A stretch of DNA of 64,000 nt, from contig NW_019218247.1 of the NCBI RefSeq assembly GCF_002571385.2, forward strand, positions 62,001 through 126,000. The letters are read 5' to 3'. The notes below the pieces were generated by a model that was not told where the DNA came from, did no database searches, and saw nothing but the letters and a program-made list of their open reading frames with translations. The stretch comes from Stylophora pistillata. Its lineage: Eukaryota. Each line of letters starts with the position of its first letter. Position 1 is the stretch's first letter. Both the position numbers and the translations under genes were made by a program. Below are positions 49,501 through 63,900 of the stretch, one piece after another.

Positions 49501-52500
49501 AAGAGGAAAATGAGAGATGGCTGGCCTCTGATTTCTTCTCGGGTGGAATGGCGGCATCAGCTGAACCAGTTGGCAATGTTGGAAGGTAAGAGTTGTTCAA
49601 CATATTTTTCAGTAATCTAGTGGCAATGGATGACATCGTGTGACTCTGATGCCTGACAGTTTCTTCAGAGGATTTTCACAACAGTCTAGCGGTGTTACTT
49701 ATGATAATAACCTTCCTGGTTAAAGGTGGGAGTCCAGTCTTTGAACATGAAAGCAAGCTAAGATGGTCAGCAGCTAATCCTTCTCCGCTGAAATCAAGTT
49801 GTTCCAAGCCTTTTAATGGCCGAAAAATCCCTAAAAAGATGAGTTATTCTACTACCCTTTGTTCTTCCAGAAAAGAAAAGGAGTCTTCAGAAGACAAGCA
49901 GGAACCTTTTACACGTCAGATATCAAACAGTGATCCGGCCAAACCTTTCCTGCAGTCTCTCACTTCCAGCAAATTAGAAGATGGAACAGCTTTGAAATTC
50001 CTTGCTGCCGTTGAACGGTTTTGTAAACAGAAGCGTTTTATTCTGCCAGTTGAATTCCCAGCTGATCACCCGGTAGAGAAGGTGGGAAGGATGATGATGG
50101 CTTGCCTCTTAAAACACCAAGAGCTTGGTAAGTCTTCATGAACTTGTGCGAAACGCTCGAGCAAATCAGTGAGCGAACGTGGCCTAGGGATGGATAAACT
50201 ACCAGACGCGACAAAGAAGGAACAAAACCGACGAAGGGCTAAAGAGCATTCAAAAGCACAGGGAAATGGAGTAACGAACTGGTCTATGAACTACTATTAT
50301 TACAAGCGGTGGGGTCGAAGAAGGGGTGGGGGAACTTGTAAAGAGGTAGAAGTTTGCTTGTGCCGACGAACCATGCAAAGTACAGAAAGGGATGTGTCTG
50401 GCTTTGCGTTCGGTGAATAATCCAGAAGGCGTTTTCTTTGAGCATGAAATCTAACTTAATCAAATGTCACAACGATTCTCTGTTTTGTTTTGTCAGGGAA
50501 TGCAGCTTTAAGTATCGTGGAGGGTGAGGGTTCGTCTCCGCCTTCACCTCACTCATCATCAGCTCAAGAGATAACAGCCTCAGGTCCTCCACAGAGCTCA
50601 TCCACACACTCACCTGTTGTTTCAGTACCAAGACCTGTTGCTGAAGTCCTTAAAATTGTGTATCAGACCAAGTGCGCGCTTGTTAGGGTAAGCTACACCA
50701 CTTTGCTGTCTCACAAGGTCTTCGCGCACAGTGAAAGCCGCGAGAGACGTTTCCGTTAGTAAATTACTAATATCGTTTTCGTTTGCGTCATTAACCTTGT
50801 TGCCGACTTTTTTCATTTTTTTTTTCGGAAGGGGAGCGGGGGTCGCAAGTTGAAACTATTAATGGTAGTTTGGCGTTGTAGTGGTTTCATGGTCTCCTTA
50901 TCGTTTTAAACTTTCTTTAAGGCAAGACAAGAATCTTCTCGTTCCTATGAGGAAGTCTGCTCCCCCGCCCTGGAGAGATGCCAGTTCATTTTCACTGATC
51001 TACACCCAGCTATGTCCAGTGAGGTGTCCACACTGTCTCGTCTCAGGATACGGAACACCCGGCCTCGGTGGGCCAAGATTGTGCAACAAATGATAAAAGA
51101 AAAAAAGTCGGAGGGAAAAGAAGAGCCTGTTGAGAGAGAAGGCGCAGACGTTGTCCGTTCAGATGTAGAACAATCCGAAGAAAAAGCTTTGAAGGAGAAG
51201 GAGAATTTAGAACAGAAGGCAAAGCAGAAAGTATGAGATGTAGTCACTGTAGCTTTTTCGTCATCGTAGTGCACCGAAAAAAAAGAACTGAGTGCTTCTT
51301 GATATGCCATGCATTACGATCACACCAGGGTTCGTTTCTACAATTCTACTAGATGACCTGTAATAGGATTTGACATGCTAAGACGTGACTCGTATTTGTC
51401 TACACTGAAATCAGCATCCTGTTGGCCAAATAATCTCTGTCTTTTCGAAATTTTTCTACACGGTGCTGTATGAAGCGTTTGTGTCGAGACCGGGGAGAAA
51501 TTAGGGTAGATCATGTAGACTTATTTTACCACCCCACCATCAAACCTCGATTATCTGGACCTGGGTTGTCTGGCTTTTTCGATTATTCGGACTCTCGATT
51601 ATCCGGACTATTAAGCCAAGCCCCAGCTAGTCCAGATAATCGAGGTTTGACCCTATCGACAAAACAGTTGTTGTTATTATTGAAGACCTTTATCTTCTCT
51701 AGAATTGCCATGCCATAAATTCATTGGCGGTCCACTAAAACTGCTAATTGCAAAGTTCATTCTACACTTTTCAGCTTGAGGCACAATGGAAGTGGTTGTC
51801 ATCTTTGTTTTTTATTGGTTTCACAGATTGATCACACCGCTCTAAATACGTCGCTGACTACTGCGCGGAAGGTGAAGTGGCTCCGTGAGCGGATAATTGG
51901 TTCGTCTACGGAGACATTGTTAATGAACCGCATAAAGGAGTTTATTCTTCACGATGAGCCAATAGATGTGGAGAAGCTGCGCAAATGTCTTCACAGACAG
52001 GTTTGTTTTTCGTCAGCCGTAGTTTGGTTAGTAAAGCCTCCCACAGACTGATAGAAGAGTAGACGAGAGAGGCTTTAAATTTATTCGATTTTCCTCAAAT
52101 AAGCAAAAAGTGCTTGAAATACCTCGAAACCCCGAAACGTGTTTGAAATTAACTACCGAAGTGCATTTCAAGGACTAACGACGTGAAGTTCTCGCGTTTC
52201 AACGAAGTCGTTTCAGGGGGGCCACTTAGACCGACAGAGTCAGTAAAAAAATCGTCTTTGTAATTGCTTATGGTAACCTTCAAAGAGATAATGGTATTTT
52301 ACAACATGATGATTTTGGCCTTTGCATGAAGAGAGTATTATAACTGTAGTAAGGACTTTGCTGTCACATTCACAGATGGAGAGGGGCCAGCGCAGATTGG
52401 AAGGAGCAGAAACTCTGTTGTCACTTGTATCCAAGGAATATTTCATCCCATCTGTTCGATACTCAATCTTGTGTGGATGGCAAGGTCTCCTGTCCACTCA

Positions 52501-55500
52501 CACACAAGCGGAGTAAGTGTAGATTAGCGTAGCTACAGCTGAAGGTATAAGACTTGTTAAAGCAGTTTTTGAAGCGTAATGTTGGAAGAACATAGTTCTA
52601 TTTCTCTTGAAACCCGTCATGTCCCTCCAAGGAAAGTCAGACCTTCACTCCTACTGAATGTCTTATTGTTCGTCTGATAGAAGATGGGTTTGTGTTGATA
52701 TGTCCGTAAGGAAGTTACCTTAACATTGTTTGGACTTTCATTCTCGTCTAATTACATCTTGCCAAGACTCCAGTGTCTTATGGAGATTCGGACTTGTGCG
52801 AGACGTATACAACTCTCTGAAAGTTGAACCTTCTTAAGTCCTTTTATTTCTTACCTACTACAGCGAGAGCTGATTTTTATTTCAAAGTAATTCTTCCATC
52901 TGTTACCTATGGGGGCTGATTGTATGGGGTTCCTGCGGCAATTCGCTCATGTACATGCCGCAAAGATACATCATGTACATGCCGCAAAGATCATCTATGG
53001 CCTCGATTGGTACACACCTAGTGATTTGGTCTTAGCCCAGTGCAAGTGGCACATTTAAAAATTTATACGAACATAGATTACTTATCTTGGCACGTGACAG
53101 TTTTTATAACTTTTTACCCGCACACATTATGACGCTGTTTACGAAATACGAGTGCAACTATAACTTGCGTAGGAAATTTACCTTTTTATCACCAAAACCA
53201 AACACTGAAGGTCTTCGAAGGTCCACCTGTTACAAGGCCGCATCTCTATGGAATTCTCTTGACAATCATACGCGGGCAATCTCAAGCAAGAGCTTATTTA
53301 AAGATTTTCTAAAACACGAAACCTCATACGCTTAGTTAAATTTATAGACGAATAACATTTTAATTAATTTTTAATTAATTGGGTTAATTTTTAAATATTG
53401 GACCGTATTAGCTTAATTAGGTCAATTAGGTTGATTTTAAATCAAGGTTAATGAATCAATTAGGTTAATATTTATATACACGACCATATTAGGTTAATTA
53501 GGACAATTGGGTTGATTATTAAATACACGACCACATCAGCTCCGCTGTAATTTTTATCGTGTTTAAATAAATGCTGTTGTTGTTGTCTCCTCTCTCTCTC
53601 TCGACCTACACTAAGGCTTGCCACACTAAGACTTGATAAAAGCGTTCGCGTCCACGTGTCATTACTGTCTTGCAGCAATGCTGTTCCCCACTGTTTAGTT
53701 GATGTCGGTCTTATCCCGCCATATCATCGCGTCATTCTAGAAACAGCTTTCCGTAGAATCAGCAGTTGGGCTGTCAACACTTTACGGGAAGCGATCATCT
53801 ATGCCAATGATACCTTTAAGAGAGCTGAAACAAGTCCTAACACTACCCCAGACGATTTTCACGGCGGTCTTTCTTTAGGTGCCCTACCTGTGGCACGGTT
53901 TCTTCTGGCAACCTTGGGTATCCTTACTGCAGAACACAACGCGAGTGACATGAGTCTAATATTGAACTCAGGTGCTGTTGGTCTAGCACAAACCATCATG
54001 CGCCTAGCAGGGCCCTGTGAGGCTACCGAAGAAGAGGACGCCAGCGTGGCTGCCATCATTGATGAGGCGAAGGCAGCAAAGAAGGCCCCCATCATACCCA
54101 TGACAGGACCGGATATGGCGAAGAGAATGAAGATAGGAATCAGGGTGGTGCGAGGCCCAGATTGGAAGTGGGGTGATCAGGTTGGTTTTTGTGTGTGTAT
54201 CAACTTCAAATTTGTTACTTAAGAGCTATTATTCTTGGAAAGGCAATGGAGGTTCCCCATGTTTTCCTTAGGATGGGCCTCCACCAAGCGAAGGCCGTGT
54301 TATAGGGGAGCTTGGAGAGGATGGCTGGGTGCGCATTCAGTGGGACACAGGTAGTACCAATTCCTACCGGATGGGAAAAGAAGGAAAGTATGACTTGAAG
54401 CTAGCAGGGCCCCCTCCTGTCCCAGAGAGCAGCGAAGAAGAGGAAGAGGACATGAAAGGTAAACAGACCGCTTCATGAACTATTTCCTCATGATAATGTG
54501 TTTAACACTACCTTGCAGACTGATAGATAGACAAACAAACAAGCTGACAGGAAGGACAGCGAGAGGGAACGGCAGACAGACGGGCTGCAAAATCAGTGTT
54601 GGGAGGTTTTTGTGAGATTCGAAGAACTTTTCGTTGCTCGTGTAGTCAAATTTGTGTTGTTGATTTTCAGATGATTCAAAGAAAGAGAAGACAGAAATCC
54701 AGTCCACCCACCCAACTGCTTTGATTCGCCACTCGTGTGTTTGTTTGTTACAAGCCCTAGCAATAGGCTGTGGTCTCCATGCTAATAACTTACAGATCGA
54801 GAGTGTCAGAACGGTCAGCAGTCTTCTGCATAATCTCCTGGACGCAGGTACAAGCACAGGCACACCAACAAGTGGTAAGCGCCCTCATTGTGGTTTAGAT
54901 AGACGAGTTGTTTGCCTTAACTGAATTTCAAAAATACAATGTAATGCTTTTCGTGGTAGTTTTAGCTAATTATATTTCTCGTTCAGTTTGATTAAGTCGA
55001 GTGTGACTTGTAAACATCCCAGGAATATTAGATTCAAAGCGAGCCAAAACAGTGTTCCTTTCGTGGTCTGACGTGTTTAGTTTTTTTCAGTTTTGCGATA
55101 GGACTTGGTGAGTATGCGCAGTAAGTGGATTTTCCTTCTCTTCCTCTGTTTAAATATCATCTCGGACGTTCCCTTTAGTCGTATTCAAGGCGAATTTTGA
55201 TACAATAGTCTGTGGCTTCCTGAGTTTGGCTCATTTCTTAGTTAATGCATGTTTGCCCCTTTTTCGTGTAAAGGTCAAAGTGATGGCCTTGTGGTTGCGC
55301 AGCAGCACAGAGATTGGGCCAAGCTTGGTTTTATACGGGGTATTGCAGCCTCTCCTGTCATGTGCTGTTCCCTCAGTACCCCCCAGTGGGTGTCTCTCCT
55401 CCTAAGAGTAGTGAAGGGATCGCTGCCAGATGGCGACCTACTGCCTTCTAATGTGTCTGCTGCTCTTCTGCCCCGTCAGGTAATGGCTTCATGAAAGCGA

Positions 55501-57953
55501 TTTGATATACCTTTTGGTAATTTAGTTCGGTAACCGGGTTATGTTCACTGAACGCGTCCAGCATGTTGGAACCTCTGGGATCCATTTTATTTGATGTACA
55601 AAGTGGTTAATGCAACGAATTTTCTTATTTGACCTGCTGGTAATTTTTAAGGAGTACAGCTTCTAAGTAAAACAATACCAGTGACAACAACAAAAAGAAC
55701 AAAAATTTACTTGGTATCCTGGCTTTAAATATTTGGTTTAACTGATGATTACAATAAGTAAAGAGAGCACTGGCTGTCCTAAATAACTATCAGCGGCTGA
55801 TAAGAAAAAAAAAGAAAAAAAAAAAAAAGAAAACCAGGGTGGCCATATGAAAAACAACGCAGCTACAATAAGATATATCTGAAGTCAGATTTGTGTACAA
55901 GCATTACATATGATTATTTTGTGAAGATAGACCTTATCTTAATGCCAATACCACATGTAGATATAGTATCAGAATTAAGTTAGTCTTCGTGTTTGATATT
56001 CTTTTGTTGTTGTTGTTTCCTCATTCCTTTTCCGTTAGATTTTGGCTTTGCGTTTGTTAAGAGCTGTTTTACCCTCGTGGGATGTGGCAAAGGCATCTTG
56101 CAGAATGTCAGAAGTGGTGGCTAGACTTTTCGCTCTACTTGGAAAGGTTTTGATGACTTGCCATGGAAGTCTACCAGTCCAAACGCCAACTGGTATTGGA
56201 AATGTTATATTTCAGAATATCCGTTCCGTACTTGAAAACTCTTTCACTTTTTTTATGCGTCTTAGTCTCATACTGTTACTCTATTTGTTATTATAATTTT
56301 TCCAATCCTGACTTTTTCTACCTACATCTTTCCAAGGCTGTTTTGACCTTAAACCTTTTAACTCCTAGAAGAGATTAACATGTAACTTGTCGCTATGATT
56401 TTGATACATTATCCACCAAACCGGTAATTTATCAGGTAGAGGTTGTTGTTCTGACCAAATGCTTGTAATTTATTTACAAGGAAATCTGTAGCAGCTGGAG
56501 GAGGGAACTAAAAATCAAATCTTGGTTGTCAAAGGGTTGAGGACCCAAGATCAAGGGTTGTAAATGTTGTTTGAGGGAGTAATTCTATTTTGAGACTCTT
56601 AAGATCTTTTTTTTTTGTTGTTGTTGTTGTTGTTGTACAGAAGTTGATACAAGAGCTAGTTGTACTGGCTCTTGTTTCCAAAGTGTAACTGAAAGGAAAG
56701 TTTTTCGCTAGACACTGAGGATAAGGCGAATCATGGAAAAGATAACTTGTAGGTCTTTGCTTAGAGCAAACTTGACTCAGTTATTTTCATTTTTCTTAAC
56801 CGGAAGGAGAGAAAAGTCGTCGAAGTAGACGCAAGCCAAGAATCCCAGCATCGGTATCCGCCACTTACAGCAGCACTGTTGCAGAGGAGTTACTCGCCCT
56901 TCTACGCAAACTTCATACTCTAGAGGCCTGGAATCCACTCGTCAACGAGTTCATAAGCGCTCAGTTGAAGAGTATTGTTACTATGGTAACGTTGGCTGAG
57001 CCAGTTAAAGAAGATGGAGAAACGCAGGTAGGTCCTTCAGGCGGTTAGATTGACGGTGGAACAGTTAGTCAGTCAGTCAATCAGTACGTCAAACAGCCAT
57101 TTTGTGTGCTATCGCTCGGTCGGTCTGTTAGATGGTCAGTAAAAGGTTAATCAGTTTCTCAGTCAGTAAGATATTCGATCAGTCAGTCAGTCTCCCACTC
57201 TGTCATACAATCAGTTTCTCTACCAGTCAGTCACTCAGTCAGTCGGTAGGACGTTTGATAAGTCAGTTAGAAAGTCAGTCAGTCAGTCCATCTGTCCGTC
57301 AATCAGTTGGTCGGTCGATTTGATGGCCAGTTGGTCCAGTCAGCCAGAGGTCGATCAATTTGTCAGTCGGTAAGAGTTCAATGAGTCAGTGAGTCAGCTA
57401 GATAATCAGTCATCGTTCAATGAGTCCGTCTCTCCTAGTTTTCATCCGTCAAACAAAAGCTGGCTCAGAATTGTTCCAGCGGTAAGTTCTACATTGCAGC
57501 ACCTATTGCTGCTTTCTTGCGTTATAATGAAGTATCCTGTCCACTCACTCAGGCACAAGAGGGATCTTCACAACAGGCTGTAGACCAGGGCCCAGTAATG
57601 GCCGTGCTAGCGGTTATTGGTGGCGTGGATAGTAGGCCCAGACTGGGAGGACTAGTACATCACAAGGAGTGGGGACTAGGAACAGTGTGTAAGATTGCTC
57701 CGAATGGAAAAGTGACCCTACAATGTGAAGACCAACAGAAAGCAAGAATATGCTCAATATCACAAGTCAAACCGGTAATAAACGCTGTCCACATAGCTGT
57801 TTCCATACCGTAGTTCTCCTGCCCTCAGAAAGCGAACTGAACAGAAGTGTCGCTCACGAAATTAGCTATTAGCATTCATACTGGGTCCGAATTCTGAATT
57901 TTGTTTGCTTATGTCACCTAAGATTTTTTGCCTGTTTCCGTCGATGCTATTGC

Positions 57954-57984
<31 letters not shown>

Positions 57985-60900
57985 GTTTTTTTTTTTTATG
58001 ATAATGTTGATATGACTTGTGATTTGACCAGTGGCGATTGTGACTTCTTTAGGTACCAGTCGTTTCATTTTCAGTGGATAATCTTCCAATGTCGGATGCA
58101 GCTCTGGGGATCTGGGCTTCACTTGTCCGACTGGCGGGCACTGGGAAAAAGACCACTGTTACGGACCAAGAAAACTTTGAGCTGCCAGCAGTACCAGGGG
58201 AGGAGGGAGTGGGGACGGCAAGATGTCCTCCAGTTAGACCACTACTATCTCCTAAAACAGGAGGTTTGTTTCCCTTGCATTGCATTATGGGCGTGTCTTA
58301 GTGAGTGATCACTTGTTTCTTTAAATTTAGAACAACCTGAATGCAACTGCCACTACTTTTAGTGCCTTTTAGTTGGATTTCAAGTTTCATTTTAATTTGA
58401 AATCTAGCTTGCGGGAAGAATTTTAGAATCCCCATCGGCTGAGCTGCTTTAAAAGAGTCTTTGATCGTACTCTTACCCTAACGAGAAGGTTATACTTCTA
58501 ATTGACTGATGGTAAACTAAAATCTTATTTAGGCGAAGAAGTGGACACATCACTGCTTAGGCAACAACAGATAACCCTTGGACTCCTCAAAGCAGCTCGT
58601 GTGTTGTGCAGCAGACAAGATAACCTGAGACAGATCCTTAACCATCAGGCGAGCAGTTCTGACGGTAGTAGCACGTTCTCCTTACAGCACTTGATGTGTT
58701 CAGCCATTAAACCTTCACCTGTGAAGGCGCTCTTCAACCGGGAAGAGTTAGAGGTGAGTATAGCCTAGTCGTTTGTCTTTCGTGTTTGTGACTGTCACAG
58801 GTAATGTTGATAAGAAGTCTCCCAAAATTCGTAAAGATTTTAGACAAGTTATAGAAACTTCCACTGGATAACGAAAGTTCATAGTCGCCAAATTCGAAGT
58901 AAATATGTTGGCAAACGAGTATTGTCACGAATCTCTATTTAAGGGCCAGTGATCCCTCCAAAGGCAGTTTGAAAAGGCGTGTGTGTGAAACTGGGGATAA
59001 GGGGTGGGGACTATCATATCGAAAAATTGGGCATTTTGAAGGTATCAAACGAAGGTTCAGAATTCATCTTAAATTAGTTTGTTGTCTTTATTTCTAGGCC
59101 GCTGCTCTCGCTGCTTGTCAATTCCTCGCTAACGAAGCCACCCGTCCAGCCGAGCCTCCAAATCCGGCCACGCCAGAACATTTAGAGCGGCCTGAGCAGG
59201 AAAAACGTCAGTCCCAAACCACCTCTAAGAAACCTTCCAAGACAAAACATCTTCAAAAAAAGAAGACTCGCACACGAAGACCAACCCCACCCCCCATGCC
59301 AGCTGCACTGTTAGTCCAGCAGCTAGTGGAAATGGGATTTCCTAGGAATAGGACAGAGTATGCGTTGAAAGAGCTTGGGGACGAAGAGGAACCTCGGGCC
59401 GAATTGGTTGTGGCTTGGCTAATCGATCATCCTGATATTGAGGTTGGTACAGCTTAAGAGTTTCCCTCTATTAACAACAACGCGAATTTAAACCGAGAAA
59501 TCTACTTTTATTCTCAATCTTGTGATCACAAGCCTTCACCTAAAACGAAAAAGTACAGGTAGAAATAATAAACAAAAATTATTATTTCCTAGTTGGTTAT
59601 TTCAAAGTCTGCGAGGTGCCAATTCGAAGTATTCGGAATGCTTTTCCTTTATTAATACCTAGTTGCTGTGTTTGTAGGTTACCGCATGGTTAGTTTTTGG
59701 GTTTGTTGATTCGATTGTAGGTTGTTTTCTTATTTTGGTAGTTACCCACTTCTTAAATAAGATTATCTGCGACATTAAGCCTTTAGCCCCTAAAAGTGAT
59801 AAACATCTTATTTCTCCCAACAATATCACCCCTGAGTTGAACAGGAAGGTCCTGTGAACAAGGGATATGATCGCAAACTAAAGAAGATCTTAAGTTAAAG
59901 TGTTTGGCAAATTTTCTCGCAAGTGCCAAAGGGAATGTATAGAGAGCAGTATGAAAAACTCGCACACTGAAGTTAGGGTGTAAAGTAAAGCTCTACGGCA
60001 GTGTTAATAAATCCCGTCTTTTCTGTAAGCGGTAATATATTTTCTCTCCCAAACAGGTGCCAGAAGGTGAAACACGACGTGTTGTGCCCCCAGAGTTGTC
60101 ATCCAGCGAGGGATCTTCTGACGTGGATGATGACGATAGCGATGTGGTGACCAGTTCCGATTCTGAGAGCAGCTCAAGTGATGGGGAGGCTATTGCTGTA
60201 CCTACTGATTTCAAGAGGCGCAGTGATTTCACTGCCAATGATGATTACGCAAGGTACGTGCGAGATAACATCCAGGTTGGTATGATGGTTCGATGCTGCA
60301 GAACATACGAGGAGGTCCACGAGGGCGACGTTGGTCGGGTCATCAAGGTGAGTTCGCCTGTCTCCCTGTCTTTCTCTGTTTCTCTCTGTGTGTTTATGCC
60401 CACTTATTCTGTTTACTTATCCGCCAATATTTGTCTTTATATATTTGTCTGGTCTGCTGATTGATCTATGTTTGCGACTGATGATTCATTATTTCAGCTT
60501 GATCGTGATGGGCTCCACGATCTGAACGTACAAGGAGACTGGCAGAAAAAGAATGGTACCTACTGGGTCAGATACGTGCACGTGGAGCTGTTAGGTCACG
60601 ACTCCTTTGGTAAGAAAACAATGTAATGCAGCCAGGTGACTGATGCAGAAATATGAGTAACTTTTCATTGACTTACTTCACGATAGTGAGGAAGTTTCGT
60701 CAGTGTTTCAATGAGTCAGTGGGACACAGCAGTTAAACGTCAAGCATTTGCTAGCGAATCAGCTTTAGCCGGTTGCGTGCAACAAAGCGGTCAAACGTCT
60801 GCACAATTGCATGCCTTCAGGCTGTTAGATCCAGGTTGTCATGCACAGCTTACAAAAAACCACGCGTGCCAGTAAGTGACGGTATTTTAGAGACGTATAT

Positions 60901-63900
60901 CCGTTTTGACAAAGCTCAAATCAACAGGATACCCGCACTTGAATGCGCTTTGTTTGAATAGTCACCATTGTTTTCTTTTCCCCACTTTTGTTATCTCAGC
61001 CCGACGTGAAATGATCAAAGTGGGTGACAGGGTACGTGTAAAACCCTCGGTGACCACGCCTAAGTACAAATGGGGATCCGTAAACCACGGAAGTGTAGGA
61101 ACAGTGGTGTCAATCAGTCCGAATGGGAAAGATGTCAAGGTGGACTTTCCTCAACAAACCAACTGGACTGGACTGATTTCTGAGATGGAGGTGGTACCTG
61201 CTACTCATCCTCGCACCAGGTGAGAGGTTTGAATGGACACCATTATTAACCCCCTACAGTATGCCTATTCTCAGTACAGTTCTTTATACATTTCCTAAGG
61301 TGCCGACGAGGAGAATTTGTTTGACAATCTATAACCTCTTTAGTTAGTCATCATTTCCTTTATTCTCGTGACCTTAATGTTCGTCTCACGGGTAATATTG
61401 GATGGAGACTAAAGAAAAATGTCACCAACTAAGGAAGCTTTTGATTGTTCAACAAATACTCCCAGTCTTTCTCTCCTGCTATTACGGTGTAAAAGGTCAA
61501 TGTGTTTCTCGTATGGAGATCAGTGGCACACTCGGCTGCGCCTCATGTGCCACTTTTTTCTTCTTAGCACATTTTTACATCATCTGAGGTCTACTTATTT
61601 ACAGAAATACGGCAACATCGAATATATTTGTTAGGTAGTAAACGTTTATGAATTTATACCATACGATCTTATTGTATGCCTTAGGTGCGATGGCTGCCAC
61701 ATGGAACCCATTGAAGGTCCTCGCTTTAAATGTAAGACCTGTCCAAACTTTAACTACTGCGAGACATGCTTCAGATTACGCCGCAGCCACCGACACTCAT
61801 TCCACCGCTTTGAAGAACCAAACAGCATCCCGGTGAATGCTGGGAAGTCTGGCCGAGGAAAAAAGAAAATTTTGTCCGGTGGCTTGGGAGGACCAGAGCA
61901 CATAGTCAAAGAATGGGACCGAGTGGTGAAAAGTCTCATGGTATCGTCACGGGAGACTCACGCTGGACGACTGATTGACGGCACGGAATCCTATTGGCAA
62001 TCTGCAGGGTCGCAGGGAAAGGTAAATGAAACTTGCCAAGCAGAAGGATAGAGTATACAGAAGCTCTCTCAAAAGTCCAGGATCAAATTCTGGCCTGGGT
62101 TATCACTTTATATTCTTTCTCTCTAAACATCTCTCACTGAACAAAACAAGGTTGTGGTCTCAGTCCTCTCAGATCTGGACCGTTTGATGAACAGGAGACA
62201 GGTCACAAGAGAAAAATAATAAAAAAAAGCATGTGTGGAGAAGTATGTAAAACCAAATTCCTCTATCCTGAATTTTCTTGTTTCGTCATTTCTTCCTTTT
62301 TTTTCTCTTCGCAGCACTGGATAAGAATCGAGTTGTATCCAGATCTGCTAATCCAACGGTTGGCCATGACAGTGGATCCTTCAGACAGTAGCTACATGCC
62401 GTCCGTGGTGGTTATATCAGCAGGCGACAGCATTCAGTCCTTGAAAGAAATTAAGACTGTGCACATCAGTGCTACTGAGTCACAGTGTACTTTGCTGGAA
62501 GATGTCCAAAGGGTACGTTATAGTGTTTTCTCTCAGACGCTTCTAGTTCCATGTCTATGATAAGCGGTTAAACGAAAATGCTGAACCCTTTCTTAGTGAA
62601 GGTCGTTCTTTCGTTCTCATGTGTCCGACTTTGATTTCTCTTTTTGTTTCTGCGCGAAGTGCAGCTATTTTAATGCTTGTTCCGGTTTATTTTCTGTACT
62701 TTACATTGGTAACGTTAGGTTACGTGTAAGCTCTCAACATTATGATCATGATGGTGATCGTGATCGTCATCATCATTATCGTTATCGTTGTCGTTGATAA
62801 TTTTCATTGCCAATACAGTTATCACTAACGGTATCGTTATCGTCTCTGCCAAAACTTTTGATTGTTCTTTCTTCATAGGAATATCGTTTTCTAGAAATCG
62901 GCATTAGGCAGTGCAAGAGTAGCGGTATCGATTGCAAGATCCACGGCATCAGCCTGACGGCTCGCACCAAGACAGACGAAGACGATATAGCGGCCAGCTT
63001 TTCATTTCTGGCGTTGGACGAGGAGGACGAAGCAGCCAGACAAAGGAGAGCGCTCAGAAGAAAGCCGACGACAACTGAGTCTACCCCCGAGGGGCAAGTC
63101 AATGTGTTCGTTTGGGGTCTTAATGATAAAGATCAGCTAGGAGGGCTGAAGGGTTCCAAGGTAAATTCTGACTGCATTGTGGAATTAATTGTGGAATCAT
63201 ACATGATATGTTATGTTGTAGAAAAGCTGCGATAACTGTTGTTCGCCTATGGAATTTGTGGCACAGTCGCGCAGTTATCTTCAAGATTGTACTACAATTT
63301 GGATACCACCACAATTCTATTTTGGCAGTGATGCGACGATGATCCCTTAAAAATCCGAAAAGTAATCAACTTTTAAATCCCGTCGCAATTTTCGGAGACC
63401 ATTCAGAAACTTTTTATGATAATAATCAGCACTGCCAGTTAGAGAACCCTCAAATTCCCATCACTTTACAAGATAATTATAGCAAGTTCTGAGGGAATGT
63501 TACACTTTATTATTTAGGCAGAGCAAATAATGAAGTGTATCGACTGGGTTGTTGTGGGTCAGGGTTGTCTTGTGATTTGAAGTCTAAACTATCTCTTGGC
63601 AGCTTTGGACTGACGCTTAATTAGAGCTGCTTGCGCAAGATCGCTTTTTTAAAGGGATGTTTTCTATCTTTAGATAAAAATACCAATGCTTTCCGATGTG
63701 TTGTCTGCTCTCAAAGTTCAACAATTAAGCGGAGGCTAGAAGAGTTTATTCGCTGTCACTCTAGAAGGAAGAGTGTTTGCGTGCGGTGAATCCACCAACG
63801 GTCGCCTGGGGCTGGGCCCCATTACGGGTAACGTGTTAGTGCCACGCCAGATTGAGGGCCTAAGCCAGTTTGTTGTGAAGAAGGTATCAGTGCATTCTGG

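Noticed and set aside
49692-49870. 5' extension of the ORF 49692-50141 as HERC2 coding sequence
   Set aside because: The upstream donor at 49585 is phase 2 and fits the acceptor at 49870. The acceptor at 49725 gives the wrong phase.
7651-63102. Minus-strand ORFs overlapping exons (for example 7651-7980, 13993-14307, 46361-46798, 62782-63102)
   Set aside because: They are antisense shadows of real exons with no recognisable domains or splice structure.
21962-63739. Stop-codon reassignment or alternative genetic code explaining both in-frame stops
   Set aside because: Only two events in about 5,500 codons, with different codons (TGA, TAG). Each is one substitution from a sense codon, so error or polymorphism is far simpler.
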